Notes: a model not told the origin generated them from the sequence alone. A stretch of DNA of 64,000 nucleotides from Eledone cirrhosa (GCA_964016885.1 OZ024741.1:294252001-294316000); one strand, 5' to 3'; shown: positions 12,701 through 25,529, numbered from the stretch's first letter. Made by a program: numbers and translations.

Positions 12701-13700
12701 GTAGCTGACTATCTTGAATTGTGGACAGCCTATGCTAGACCTATCTATTTCCCTACAAAATACTCTATCTAGATATGATCTGGATGACCCGATGCCGTTT
12801 GTCCAAGTCCACATTGGCACATTCGGGAAACCCAATCGGTACCTGTCAGACAGTTCAAAACGCCTGAGCATGTTGGTGAGGCTCTTGCACCCTCCTCCCC
12901 TATCCTCTAATCCCACACAGTCCCAGCGTGCATCTAAGATCCCGTTCCAGTCGCCCACTAACACTAAAGAGCGGGATAAGGTCTCCAGATGCCGGAAGAA
13001 ATCAGGCTACCCTGCTCCTGTCGGGGCATAGACGGCCACTAGCCTGAAAGTTTGCCCGTCTCTGCTGGTCACGTCCAGCACCACCAACTTACCTTCTGGG
13101 TCCAGGAAGATGGTCCGTATGGCGAGATCCAAACCTCTCCGAAAAAGCACAGCAACTCCTCCCCCCAATTCAGGACGGTTGGGAGATGCGTACACATCGT
13201 AGCCGCCAAAGATCGGTGCGAAGGCCCATGCCTCAGAGATTCTGGTCTCGCTGATGGCCACCACATCTATGTTTAGCAACCTGAGATCGTTCAGCAGGTA
13301 CCCCTGCTTCCAAGACGACTCCAGGCCACCTACATTTATGCTACCTATTCTGAGAGTAGCCATCTTGGCTAGGATAAGAGGAAAACAAGTGAGAGGGGAG
13401 AGGTACAAAAAAATTACCTGTGGCTCTTCTTTAGGAAGGGGGTGGGTGATCCATCCCTCCGTGGGTTTCTCCACGAGAATATCCGTGAATATTCTTTTGG
13501 TGATGTTCCCTCGGTAGTCTCCAATTGATGTGGGGGAACATTTTTTTTTATGTTATGTACTTTTTTGTGTAATTTCTATTATTTTTATGTGTGTGTGTGT
13601 GGGGGGGGGGGTTCAATTTTGGTGGTTTGTACATAGTTTGTTTCTGTGATGTTGGTGTGGTGTTGAATGTAATTTAAAAGCTTTGTGTTGTCACCCAAAC
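9705..13700 (-). mobile_element. Tx1-clade (L1 group) non-LTR retrotransposon, 5'-truncated within ORF1, inserted in (TTA)n
   Basis: APE (IGSINVGGL, VAISETRI, LVAVYAP, GDWN, YLDRVF, TDH), RT (NFRPKTLLNTEFK, DQSKAFNRVDH, SVRQGCPLS, YADD) and C-terminal CCHC finger (CPRC...ETVLHAFVQC). 3'UTR ends AATAAAGAAAGCC(TTA)n. Confidence 0.93.
9953..13363 (-). pseudogene. Tx1 ORF2 (APE-RT-zinc finger) broken by several stops and frameshifts
   Basis: Seven consecutive minus-strand ORF pieces from 13007-13474 (MATLRIG starts at 13363) down to 9953-10606 cover a complete ORF2 domain order. Confidence 0.9.
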
Positions 13701-13719
13701 AATAATAATAATAATAATT

Positions 13720-13912
13720 GTTTCTACTTTAGGCACAAGGCCAGCAATTACCCAGTACATTACTGGTACTTTATTTTATCGACCCCCGTAAGGATGAAAG
13801 GCAAAGTAAACCTCGGCGGGATTTGAACTCAGACCATAAAGGGACATAACTATGCTGGAAAGCATGGCGTCAGACTCTCTACCAATACTGCCAATCCACC
13901 GCCCTTTATCAT

Positions 13913-13948
<36 letters not shown>

Positions 13949-14690
13949 CACTAATAATAATAATAATAATAATAATGCTTTCTTTATTAACCCCAAGCAT
14001 TAATAAAGAAAGCAAGGGTTTATTAAAGCATTATTATTATTATTATTATTATTAGTAGTAGTAGTAGTAGTAGTAATGATAATAATAATAATGGTTTCTT
14101 ATATGGACACAAGGCCAGCAATTTGGGGGAGGAGAAAGTCGATTAAATCGACGCCAGTGCATTAATGGTGATTTATTTTATCAACCTTGTGAGCATTAAA
14201 GGCAAAGTTTACCTCAGCATGATTTGAATTCATAACGTAAATTGTCTTAACTATATGTCACATAACGTATTGTCTGACCCCTCTAACTTCGACTTTTGGC
14301 ACAAGGCCAGTAATTTGAAGAGAAGAGGTATGTTCATTATATCAAACCCTTTGCTTTATTGGCACTCTATTTTATCAACCACACAAAGATGAAAAGCAAA
14401 GCTAACCTCAGCATGATTTGAACTCAGAATGTAATGGGCTGTAACTTAATCCTATGAAGCATGTAGTCAAATGCTTTAATGATCTAGCCACTCCACTGCC
14501 CTTAATAATTTTTTAATTAAGCACAAGGCCGGAAAATCAATTGATTCAACCTCATTACTGAACTCGTACTTTATTGTATGGATCCCAGAAGGATGAAAGG
14601 CAATGCTGACTTCAGCAGGATTTGAACTCAATATATAAAAATCTAGAAGAAATAATTAAACACTTTACATCTGATGCTCTAACGATTTTG
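13720..14690 (-). mobile_element. Cluster of 4 head-to-tail tRNA-derived SINEs (Meta-domain-like) with (TTA)n tails, plus tiny Tx1 3'-end remnants at 13975-14030
   Basis: Copies ~13720-13905, 14095-14280, 14295-14500 and 14520-14690 share rc GAGTTCAAATCCCGCCGAGGTT(T/A)ACTTTGCCTTTCATCC...GTCGATAAAATAAAGTACCAG. Confidence 0.85.
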
Positions 14691-14764
14691 TTTATCCAAC
14701 TCAGAACACTAATTTGATTTTGTTTAAATATGCTTATATAAATGTGTGTTGATGAATGTTGAGT

Positions 14765-15040
14765 GGAGGTGCAAGCTCTAGTGGTAGGTGTGTTGGACTT
14801 AATGTTATGGGTTCAATTCCTGATCTGGGCTGTGTGTTGTGATCTTGAGCAAAACACTTTATTTAGCATTGTTCCAGTATACTCAGCTGAAAATGGGTAC
14901 CAGCAATAGCTGAAGGTTTAACCCTGTGATGGACTGACATCCTGTCCAGGAGGGGAGTCTTGTATTCTCAGTCACTTAAAACCACAGAAACTGGAATAAG
15001 TGATCAGCCTGATGAGCCTTTGAGCTCGAGATAGACTTCT
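14765..15040 (+). mobile_element. CORE-type tRNA SINE (second subfamily)
   Basis: GGAGGTGCAAGCTCTAGTGG...GGTTCAATTCC...TCTTGAGCAAAACACTTTATTT. Related copies on the minus strand at 37130-37410 and 62990-63230. Confidence 0.75.
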
Positions 15041-15298
15041 TTTTTTTTTTCTTTTTCAGTTGATGGGTATGCATGTAAGTGGCTGATTTATGAAAAGCTG
15101 GTAGTTGCAGAAAAAATTTATAGTAAACAGCCACTATTATTTACGAATATTACTTGTGCCAAAAGTAGAAACAATTATTAACAAATATTTTCTAGACCCG
15201 ATATTATACAGTATCTGAGACCTTCTTTCAGTATAAGTTTCCATGTTCAGTGTGTTTATTACACAAGCTTAGAAAGCATGTATATATATATATATAAA

Positions 15299-15770
15299 TT
15301 CCGACCTCACACACTTACACCTCTCCAAGACAATGTCACTGGACCAAGATCTTTGGCGCTACACAGTAATACAGAAGACCCGCCTTGCCTAAGTACAAAG
15401 CGAAACCTACAGACAGTAGGCAACTCTTAACAAAAATACACCCCTGTCCCACAACCCCCACCCCATCCACACCACCCCTTTCGATGTAAATTTGTGTTAG
15501 TACCACAACATCCAGTCCGAAATAAATGAGGTCGTGTAGGTGTCACGAAAAAAAAACACACAGTCCAGGCTGTAATGTGGCAGTGTAGGTAACACGGTAA
15601 AAACCTCCCAGTCCACACTGTAAACGTGGTTGATGTTGGGAGGGGCATCCAGCCGTAGAAAACCCGCCAGACAGTCCTATACGAGTGAGACAACCAATCT
15701 TGCCTCAAGTGGGAAACCCATGCTAGCGTGGAAGATGGACGTTAAATGATATGATGATGATGATGATGAT
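15299..15770 (+). mobile_element. RTE LINE 3' fragment with (GAT)n tail
   Basis: Matches 4728-5087 and rc 34351-34850. Ends ACCCATGCTAGCGTGGAAGATGGACGTTAAATGAT...GATGAT. Confidence 0.85.
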
Positions 15771-15911
15771 TCATACCAAGCTGATGTAAAATGATGATAT
15801 AAAAATGTATACTGTATATATATACATGCACACACATAAATATACATACATACACACACACACACATATATGTGTGTGTGTGTCTGTCTCTGTCTGTGTG
15901 TGTATCTGTGT

Positions 15912-16385
15912 GTTTACAGTACAGACGTAATCAATATGCGTGTGTGTATGTGTGTGTATGTGTATACAGTACAGAGATAATCAATATATGTGTGTTTGTG
16001 TGTGAATATATACATGTGTGTACACAACACAGATGTAACCAATGTATGTGTGTGTGTATATATATATTGTGTGTGTACACAACACAGAGGTAAACAATGT
16101 TTGTGTGAATATGTATGTATGTGTATATAATACAGAGTTAACCAATATGCGTGTGTACACAATACAGAGGTAACCAATATATGTGTGTGTATATATATAC
16201 GTGTGTGTACACAATACAGAGGTAACCAATATGTGTGTGTATATATATGCGTGTGTACACAATACAAATGTAACCAATATATGTTTGTGTGTATATATAT
16301 ATGTGTGTATATAGTACAGAGCTAACTAATATGTGTGTGTATATATACATCTGTGTACACAAAACAGAGGTAACCAATATATGTG
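15912..16385. repeat. Minisatellite: ~10 copies of a ~24-bp core separated by variable GT/AT microsatellite
   Basis: Core GTACACAATACAGAGGTAACCAATAT recurs at ~15915, 15963, 16020, 16075, 16125, 16155, 16207, 16255, 16310 and 16355. Confidence 0.85.
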
Positions 16386-16955
16386 CCCATGTACTTGTAA
16401 AATGAATAGCAAAATTAATTTTCAGATTAAGAATGGTGGGGAGATGATGTTTCCCAGGGTGGGGTTATATTTTTTTACAGAACATATTTTCAGTTTATCA
16501 ATGTACCCGGTTAAAATTAACACTATACCAACAGAGAGAGAAGGTGGAGGGAGAGGGAGGGCAAGGAGAGAGAGAGAGGGGGGAGAGATACAGAAAGAGC
16601 AAGAGAGCGGTTGTCGTTATTGAAAGTTTCAAAGACCATTTGATAGCTATGGGGTAAAATGTGACCAGTAATTATGGCAATAGGCCATTTCAGGACCCTT
16701 TAATGTGATAATATTGGTGAATATCGTACACAAATGGAATTATAATGTAGATTTCATTAATACTACTGGCCTGACTCAAGAACATTAACTACAACTGAAC
16801 TGAATATATTAAAAAAAAAGATGGTTTAAACTGTCTCCATTAGTGTTAGATTTTATAGTGCAACATTGCAGCATAACCACATTAGCATACATGTCCTGCA
16901 CTACCTTGTTTCTTCTGTATGTATGTGTTGCATGTATGAATGTGTATATATATAT

Positions 16956-17233
16956 GGTGGCTGCCAACTCGTTTTCGAGTATGGCCACTACTTTATATCC
17001 ATGTAGGAGAACCCCTACCGATGCGCTGAACGAGTGTGACTTTTTAGTCCAGCCAGCGACTTGAAAACTCTGGTACAAACACTACACTTGTGACAATTAT
17101 TGACACATAGTGCTTTGCCTTTGGTACCATGTGACGACAAGTGCAGAGAGATCTCCAGATACAAAGCAATGCCTGTGCCGTGAAGCTTTTATAGTGAGCA
17201 AAGGCACTGCACAAAGCCAGTCCCACTCTCTTA
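16956..17233 (-). mobile_element. Short non-autonomous RTE-derived retroposon, 5'-truncated, in (TA)n
   Basis: Reverse complement of 6840-7110 with the same 3' end. Confidence 0.8.
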
Positions 17234-17234
17234 T

Positions 17235-17281
<47 letters not shown>

Positions 17282-18774
17282 TATATATACACATATATAT
17301 ATGCGCGCACACCCACATATATGTATTCACTTTTGTTTGGCTTGTTTATTTATTCGTGTTTTCATTGTTTGATGTTTTTTGGGTTTCTGTTATTTCATAG
17401 TAATTTCCATGTACTTTATGTGACTCCTTTGTTTAGCCCTGGGTCGAGTCAACACTGGTGTAAGCAGGACTCTGATCATGCCAACTTTTAATGTGTCTAC
17501 AAGTTCAGTATTCATAGTTAGCCCTTTATCTAAGATGATAAGGAGGGATGAGGGAGATTTGGTTATTATTTCTAGCAGAAGATAGATATCCCATCGTGGT
17601 AGATTTTAGTGTCTAAGTACATGTTTGAAATCATTTATTATTAATTTATATTTTTGTTTATATTTCAGTATTTCCTATCCAATACAAGGCCTTCTCACTT
17701 ATGTTGGAGGAAACCCTACCTGATTGACCTCCACCACTTTCTGTTTGGTTTTGGTCATGTCAGGGATGTAACTGTACACGCCATGCTTGGCCAATTGCAA
17801 GTTTGTGAGGTTATCTAAGCCATGTCTGCATTTATGATTGCTTGAAGGCAGAGATATGAATTGTATTTTCTTTTATTATTTTGTCAGGGTAGGGGGTCAA
17901 GTAAGGTGAAGGTACATGAGTTAATAGTATGTTAAACTTACTAATGGAAGCTCATGGTTTTAATTGATAGAGGAGATGACTCACATTCTTGAGAGCCAGC
18001 TGCTTCATTTCATGTTGATTTTATTGATAGGATTGGGCTTCCTATCATTAAAACATCTGAAAAACTTCCTATGAGATACCGCCACATGGAGGCTAGCTAA
18101 ACCAGCATATGTGTGATTCGTAAATTTCATTTTGGAGGTAGTGGGAGTAGAGAGAAGAGGAGAGGATGAATGACATTAGGTAAATGAAAATTACAAAGAT
18201 GTTTGCTATGTTGGTGGTGTTTGTAATGTGTGTGGTAGCACTGATTTGAGAAGTTGGAGTTTGTGGTGTTTTTTTGCATTGCTACTTGATGAGGGTGTCG
18301 TTATTGTGGCCACTGTTGCTTGATTATTCTTTGGTGTTGGGAGAAGATGAGGTTCTCTTCTAGGTTTTAGACAGAAAGCCTTTAAGTGTGTTGATGCCAC
18401 ACAAGTGTGATATTTGGCTTCTCTGCTCTCAACTGTTACTGGTAAAATGATGCCACCCATGAGATGGATTTGGTCAGGATTTGGTCAATGTTGTGCTATC
18501 TTTGATTACTTTATCTTAACCTTTTGTAGTTAATAAAAAAGAAACAATTATTATTATTATTTGTTTTAATTTTATTGCATGCTGTTACTACATTACAAAG
18601 TACAATTCTGTGCATATTGGATGTGTTTAGTGTAGTTTCTCTTGCATTAAAATTGCAATTATTAATATGTATTCACTGCTTGGCGGTACTATTTTCTATA
18701 TATTTGTAAATCATGGAGTTTCCATTATGTTTATTATTATTAAGTTTATTATTAACAAGAATCTTCCACTTTAC

Positions 18775-19215
18775 TCAGGCCTTTTTCAATTTCATCAAGG
18801 GTAGAGGGGGAAGTGCTACCTTTTGGTGAGTTTTACGAAAGATCGGTGAGAGTGGTGGGATTCACAAAGATGGATGGGCCTATGCTTGTCTAAGCATGAG
18901 AAAAGAAACCGAGTAGGGTCACTTTCAAGAATTTTGACTCAACAGAATAATTCAGAGTTTTGTGGGGAAGGGGTCCCTGGAATTGCTCTAAAGTTCCATC
19001 CCTTCCTATTGGGGAAACTCTTTCCTAGTTGATGTTTGTAATTGCTTTGTATTTTCATCGTTATTATTTATTACAATCATCATTATATCTTCAGTTTTCC
19101 ACTTTGTCTCTGTCCTCTTCCCTTTACTTGCTGTAAACCTAATTTTCTGTTGTTTTACATCCTTCTATTTATCGGGCCCTTGTAGCCATTAAAAGTAATC
19201 TTTGTTATTATTTTC
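18775..19215 (+). mobile_element. Old Tx1-like 3' fragment
   Basis: CTTTTTCAATTTCAT...GGAAGTGCTACC...GGATGGGCCTATG resembles the Tx1 ORF2 end (FFQFH...EVL...NGP). The 3'UTR has CCTATTGGGGAA and ends in TTATTATT. Confidence 0.5.
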
Positions 19216-19244
19216 TATTTTCATTCATTTATTGACACAAAGAC

Positions 19245-19840
19245 TTACGGCCCTTTCCATTCTGAGTTCAAATCACGCCGAGGTTAACTTTGCCTTCCAT
19301 CCTTACGGGGTTGATAAAATAAAGTACCAGTAATACACTGGTTAATTGCTGGCCTTGTGCCAAAAGTAGAAACAATTATTATTGTTATTAAAGGGTACTG
19401 GATGAGCAGTATCAGTAGAGCATCAGATAAAATGCTTTGTGGCATAGAGTTATGGCCTTTACGTTCTGAGTTCAAATCCTGCCAAGGTTAGCTTTGCCTT
19501 TCATCCTTACAGGGTCAATAAAATAAAGTAACAATAATCCACTGGGGTTGATTTAATCGACTTTCCCCTCCTCCAAAATTGCTGGCCTTGTGCCTATATA
19601 AGAAACCATTATTAAAGGGCATACGATTGGCAGTATTGGCAGAGCGTCCGATAACATTCTTTGTGGCATAGAGTTACGGCCCTTTACGTTCTGGGTTCAA
19701 ATCCCACCGAGGTTACCTTTGCCGATAAAATAAAGCACCAATAATGCATGGGGGGGGGGGGGGCTATTTAATCAACTTTCCCCTTTCCCTCCAAATTGCT
19801 CGCCTTGTTCCTAAAGTAGAAATAGTAATTATTATTATTG
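19245..19840 (+). mobile_element. Three tandem Meta-like SINEs
   Basis: Three copies of GTTCAAAT..GCC(G/A)AGGTTA.CTTTGCC, each ending AGAAAC(A/C)ATTATT or similar. Confidence 0.85.
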
Positions 19841-20299
19841 TTATTGATAATATCATTTTGTCTTAATCATTATTTAATGAGTTGCAGGTGAAAGGTTATT
19901 TAACAAGAATGATTATAAAGTTAGAAATTTAAACCTATTAAAAGATAAAATTGATTTAATGCTCTCATTTAATAGTTCCAATAAGTTTCTTTAGAAATGC
20001 TTTTAAAAATATTCCATTGACATTTTCAGTGACATTTTCAGTAAATGTATAAAGATCGTTTATATTTTTTAGGGGATGGTGGAGGGTCATAGGGAGTATG
20101 ATGGGGAGAGTGGTGGGATTAAAACAACGATGAGAAGATAAATATTTCTAAATATTGTAAACTATAAACATCCCCTCCCTCTCTCATCTTCTATTGGCCG
20201 CTGTCTGAAGATGATAAACTTATTATTGTTGTTTATGATTGTTATCATTGTTATCATTATCAGTTTTGTTACCTTTGTTGTTGTTATTGTGACTACTAA

Positions 20300-20336
<37 letters not shown>

Positions 20337-20589
20337 TGTAGTAGTAGTAGTAACATTGTAAATCTATACTGAAGTACCAGTCAATTACTAGGTTTCATTA
20401 CATCAACTATAAAACTTCCCCACTCTACTAACATTTCTAGCCTTTTATTATTTTAGAAATTGCCATTAGTATTAATATCATTTATAGCATTATCATTAAT
20501 ATCATCATCATCTCATCATCTTTTTGCTTTTGTAATGGCTCCCTCATCAGTCATCATTGTGGCCAATAAAACATCACCATCATTATCTT

Positions 20590-21007
20590 CATTCTTCCTT
20601 TTTGGTGATGCTCTCATTAACCTTTTCATGTTTCACATGAAAAGGAAAATCAGGATAGAGAAGGAAGTGTTACCTTCCACCCAGTTTTTTGAAAGGTGGG
20701 TGAGAGAGGCAACAATGGCCCATATGAATGGGCCTGCTCTGAGCGTGTGCCTGTTGTACTGTAGGAGGAAAACTGGGAGAGGGTGCTTGCTCTAGTGGTA
20801 CTTGCTTATGTGGGCTTTCTCCACCCTCAGTGGTCTCCCTCCCCCCTATTGGGGATTATTCCTTTGTTTCCATTTTTTTGTTACATCTTTTTTTTCCTTT
20901 ATTTTACATGTAGAAACCCATATTTGTACCGTCCTGTGCTGTCCTTGATGTATTTTTAGTAAATCTTTTGTGGTTAATAAAGAAATCATTATTATTATTA
21001 TTATTAT
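20590..21007 (+). mobile_element. Tx1 3' fragment (same family as 9705-13700) with (TTA)n tail
   Basis: Translates LFGDALINLFMFHMKRKIRIEKEVLPSTQFFERWVREATMAHMNGPALSVCL, matching the end of ORF 9953-10606. Ends GTGGTTAATAAAGAAATCATTATTATT. Confidence 0.9.
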
Positions 21008-21009
21008 GA

Positions 21010-21205
21010 GGGTGGTGGATTGGCAGTATCAGTAGAGTATCAGTAGAGGGTCGGACACCTTGCTTTGCAGCATAGAGTTACGGCCCTTTACATTGTGCAT
21101 TCAAATCCCACTGAAGTTAGTTTTGCCTTCTATCCTTATGGGGTACATAAAATAAAATAAAGTAATGCACTGCGGTAATTGGTGGGCTTGTGCCAAAAGT
21201 AGAAA

Positions 21206-21239
<34 letters not shown>

Positions 21240-21240
21240 T
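21010..21240 (+). mobile_element. Meta-like SINE directly following the Tx1 tail
   Basis: GGGTGGTGGATTGGCAGTATC...GTGCCAAAAGTAGAAAC(ATT)n. Confidence 0.85.
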
Positions 21241-21574
21241 GACTATTTATTATGACCAACTTTGATGTTACTTTGGGCTGGTTATTTTAGGGAATACTGG
21301 GGCTACAACGTATGACCAAACGGCATTCCAGCCATGATCATTCTTTAGTGATACTTCTAACTACATTATCAAATCTAGTCTTTCATTATTTGGGTTATGT
21401 TTGAATAGAGATTTGAATTCTAATACTAGCAGGTCATATAGCATGTAAAGAATCCCTACATAACTCGTCTTCTCGACTCCATTTGCCTTTCTTCCTTATT
21501 TTTAATGCCACATTTTTTATATATAAAAATTTTACTATGAAATGTTTTCACTTTCTTACTAAGAGAGTAAATTA

Positions 21575-21710
21575 TATATATTGAGAGAGAGGGGGAAGCA
21601 AGTAAGTTACATATATTGAGAGAGGGGGAGAGAGTAAGTTACATATATTGAGGGAGGGGGAAGAGAATGTTACATATATTGAGAGAGGGAGGGGAAGAGA
21701 GTTACTATTA
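21575..21710. repeat. ~31-34-bp minisatellite, 4 copies
   Basis: GTTACATATATTGAGAGAGGGGGA...AGTAA repeated. Confidence 0.8.
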
Positions 21711-22281
21711 AATGTTTTCTCTTTCTTACTAATCCTGCTTATAGAAGTAAATCTAATCCACATACCACCACCATAAATGAAATTTAAGGGTCAATCCACC
21801 ACATAGTTCTAGCTGACAAGATATAGAAGACATTGCTCTAGAGGATGGCAAGGGAGACACACTGGAATAGCCAACCCATCTTGCAGGGATGTGGTCCAGG
21901 GGCCAAGAATGCTGATGAATACAGCAAACATTCAAGAAGAATTTATTATACTAAACTAAATACATTTCAATATGGATATGTAAACAGTGTTACACCGCCA
22001 TCATTGCACACCACACTACACCACAGCATAACATCACACCACTACATGACCACCACCACTGTACCACACAATCGTCTTCTCCAGATCTACTGCACAACTC
22101 AAAGGTGTTATTTGATATGAGCAGGGGGAAATCATCAGATAAACCATATATATATATGTGTGTGTGTGTGTAAAAGGTAAACAAAAATAACAACACAATC
22201 AGTACAGTATATGGAAGACACATATAGATATATATATATGCACACACATATAAATATATATATATATATACACACACAAAC

Positions 22282-22332
<51 letters not shown>

Positions 22333-22484
22333 TATAAATATATATATATAAGACAAAAAAGTATGGTAAGGAACCAGGTGAATCATAACGCATGAGAGTA
22401 ATACTGCTGCTGGGTTAGTTCAGATTTAGCTGTTGAAATGGCCGGAGCTCAGCTGTTAGGGTCCTTTAGGGTCCTGACTCTTTT

Positions 22485-22519
<35 letters not shown>

Positions 22520-22548
22520 GAAATAATTATCTTATGTTGTTTATTACA

Positions 22549-22610
<62 letters not shown>

Positions 22611-22614
<4 letters not shown>

Positions 22615-22815
22615 AACAAGTAGGACCCCGACGGCTGAGCTCAAGCCGTTTCGACGGCTAATTCTGGACTAAAATTTTAGTCCAGAATTAGCCATTGAAA
22701 CGGCTTGAGCTCAGCTGTTGGCGTCCTACTTGTTCCTATTACCCACTCTACTACCCTAAGTATTGAGTACTTTGGTGCATTATGGTCCATCTGGTTCCTT
22801 ACCACATTTCCTTCG

Positions 22816-22820
<5 letters not shown>
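22611..22820. mobile_element. Fold-back PLE-type terminal fragment: 128-bp near-perfect palindrome (22611-22738) made of two inverted HHR 3' halves (family F), in (TA)n
   Basis: TAGGAACAAGTAGGAC...TTCTGGACTAAAA|TTTTAGTCCAGAA...GTCCTACTTGTTCCTA. The minus-strand arm reads GAAACGGCT-tgagctc-AGCCGTC. Confidence 0.75.
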
Positions 22821-22885
<65 letters not shown>

Positions 22886-22905
22886 GTATGTGTGTATAAT
22901 CTTCA

Positions 22906-23388
22906 GACAAAAAGGTGCAGAGCACTAGAAGTCGATGGAAACCGCGGAGTGGGGAGACCCAAGATGACCTGGGATGAGGTGATAAAAGCCGACCTTATCC
23001 AATTACACCTCTCAAAGGCGATGACGCACGACCGTGACCTCTGGCGTCACGCAGTAATACAAAATACCCGACCTCCCATGGTACAAGCTGAAGCACATAG
23101 ACAATATGCCCCCACACCCTCCCACTGCAAGGTGGTCGTGGAGGTGCCACGGCAAAAAAGCACCCAGCCCACACTGTAAAGTGGACGTGTAGGCGCCACG
23201 AAAAAGCACCCAGCACTCACTGTAAATGAGGTTGGTGTTAGGAAGGGCATCCAGCTGTAGAAATCAAGCCAAATCAGTTCCTGTATGAGCAAGGCATGGT
23301 CAGCCGACCTGACACTGCCCACAACAGGACAACCTGTCTAACCCATGCTAGTGTGGAAGAACGGACGTAAAACAGTGATGATGATGAT
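22906..23388 (+). mobile_element. RTE LINE 3' fragment with long composite 3'UTR and (GAT)n tail
   Basis: KRCRALEVDGNRGVGRPKMTWDEVIKADL...DRDLWR. Tail ACCCATGCTAGTGTGGAAGAACGGACGTAAAACAGTGATGAT. Confidence 0.9.
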
Positions 23389-24289
23389 ACCTGTGTGTAT
23401 GTATTTGATACAACCTTATAGTTACTTCTTACTTTTTTTATATATATATATATATATATCCAAAACAAAAACTTACATGTTTTTAGTCTGCTCCCTTCCA
23501 TCCATAATTGCCTTAGAAATGTTACCTTTTGCTCAATTTTGCTGTCTGAAGAAATCACGATATCTATTGTATAAAGGCTCATTAATAAAAGACTCTAACA
23601 TCTACAACTTCACATTTTCCTCTTTATTTATATATATACACACACACATGCTTATACACAAACACGCATATATATGTGTGTATGTGTCTCTGTTTATATT
23701 ATGTATGCATGCATGTTAAAAGCTGCAGCTGGTCTAGTATTATGCTTTTTCAGTTAATAGCAAAAGAATAAATAAATAAGGGTGCATGTTACAGCATGTT
23801 ACAGTATAGGCCATAGAAAGGTGGACATAAGTTGGTATCATCAATGTTGCTGAGCACAGTTGGAAGGAGCTGACACTATTGTAAGGTGCCAAAATCAATG
23901 TAATCTCCATTGGATAGCTGATGAGGAGAGTTTCCTACTGTGTACATTGTAAAATATTTTATTAATTATAAATATCATCATGTGCGTACAAGATTTCAAA
24001 CGTCTAGCAATCACTCCTTCATAGCCAACCTATGAACTTTTCAGTCTACCCCAGTACTAAAACTTTAACCAAAACTGGAAATAATTATTCTAAAAATTAG
24101 CCAATGGAGCAAAATTTAGAATTATCCTTTGAATTTAGTACTAGACTCCACCACTCATTCAAATATAGAAAACACTTTCCAGTACACATTAACATTTGTC
24201 ATTCAAGCCAAGAATATGTTGAGGGGTCTGAGGCTACAGAGTTGGAGAACAAATAAAGACAATCTATAGGATTTGAGGTGATCATATGA

Positions 24290-24590
24290 TAACTCCTCTA
24301 GAGCTGGTGCTGCAATAATTCACCGCCACACCAACCTACAAATTGGTAGAGCTAGTGTCACAATAAAACACTCACAGTAAACTCAGTAAATTAGGTAGAG
24401 CCTCCAGCTGTAGAAACCTTGTTACAATTGGTTTTTCCATTGCTGATACTATCTACGGGTGAAAGCCCTTGACAGAAAGAGCAATGCGAAATAAAGTGTC
24501 TTACTCAGGGACTTAATGCATTGACGGTCCAAGAATCGAACTCACAACCTCATGATTGCAAATCCAATTCTCTAACCACTAAGCCCTCAG
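24290..24590. mobile_element. SINE remnants: CORE-type SINE head on minus (~24430-24590) abutting plus-strand SINE-body fragments
   Basis: rc GGCTTAGTGGTTAGAGAATTGG...AGTTCGATTC...TCCCTGAGTAAGACACTTTATTTCGC. Body resembles 47514-47690. Confidence 0.65.
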
Positions 24591-24621
<31 letters not shown>

Positions 24622-25077
24622 ATGTATATATATATATATGTATGTATATGTATATATTTTCATAATCACGCATGATGTTAAACTAGCCTGCTTTTAAATT
24701 CCCTTTTTGGCATATTAATCAGTGAGACCTTGGTTACCATGTTGAGCTCTGCTGATGAACGAAATCCAACCGTGACCATCCCCACTGAAAGTTTTCGTGA
24801 AATAGTCTTTTCAAGACTATACAGAGCATTTGAAGTTGTCCCAAATTGAAGGATGAGTACTTTAGACTTTGTTTTATCATGAGTTAAGGCTCTATTGATT
24901 TTTCCCTGGATTTCTCTAAATTCTGTTGGATAAAATCTATATCCTGATTCTTTTTGAATTGAGTCTGAATTATTTTTCCCATATCTTATGTTAACTATTT
25001 TCCCATTTTGACGCTATAGTCACTTATATATTATGGAATACTGTTAGCTTCTCGCTACAACAATTTCTATACTTTTC

Positions 25078-25109
<32 letters not shown>

Positions 25110-25113
<4 letters not shown>

Positions 25114-25487
25114 AAATGTGTGTAATCCTTGGTACAGTTAGGTATATTAAGACAGGGGGGAAGAAAAAATGGCTTCACTTGTGCTTTCAACAAATTTATT
25201 TTCTTCACAAAATCCAAAAAGAATTTTTCTTAAAAAAAATTATTTTATAAATTAATGGTCGGATAACGAACATTTCCGCAGATATAAAGAAGAATTCTTC
25301 ATTGAAAAATTTAAACCACTACTGAACACGAAAAAATGAATTAACACTCGGAGGTAAAATTCCATTTCACTACCCCACCCCCTCTTCTTATGTATACACA
25401 TGAATATCTGAGTGAACGGTGAAACACACACATATGTGTGTGTAGGGATGTATGGATGTATGTACGTGTGGGTATATATGTATGTGG

Positions 25488-25529
<42 letters not shown>

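Noticed and set aside
15005-15040. CCTGATGAGCCTTTGAGCTCGAGA as a hammerhead
   Set aside because: No GAAA, and it is the recurrent 3' end of the 14765/37130/62990 SINE subfamily
24748-24775. CTGATGAACGAAAT as a hammerhead core
   Set aside because: No room for stem II and no stems I/III
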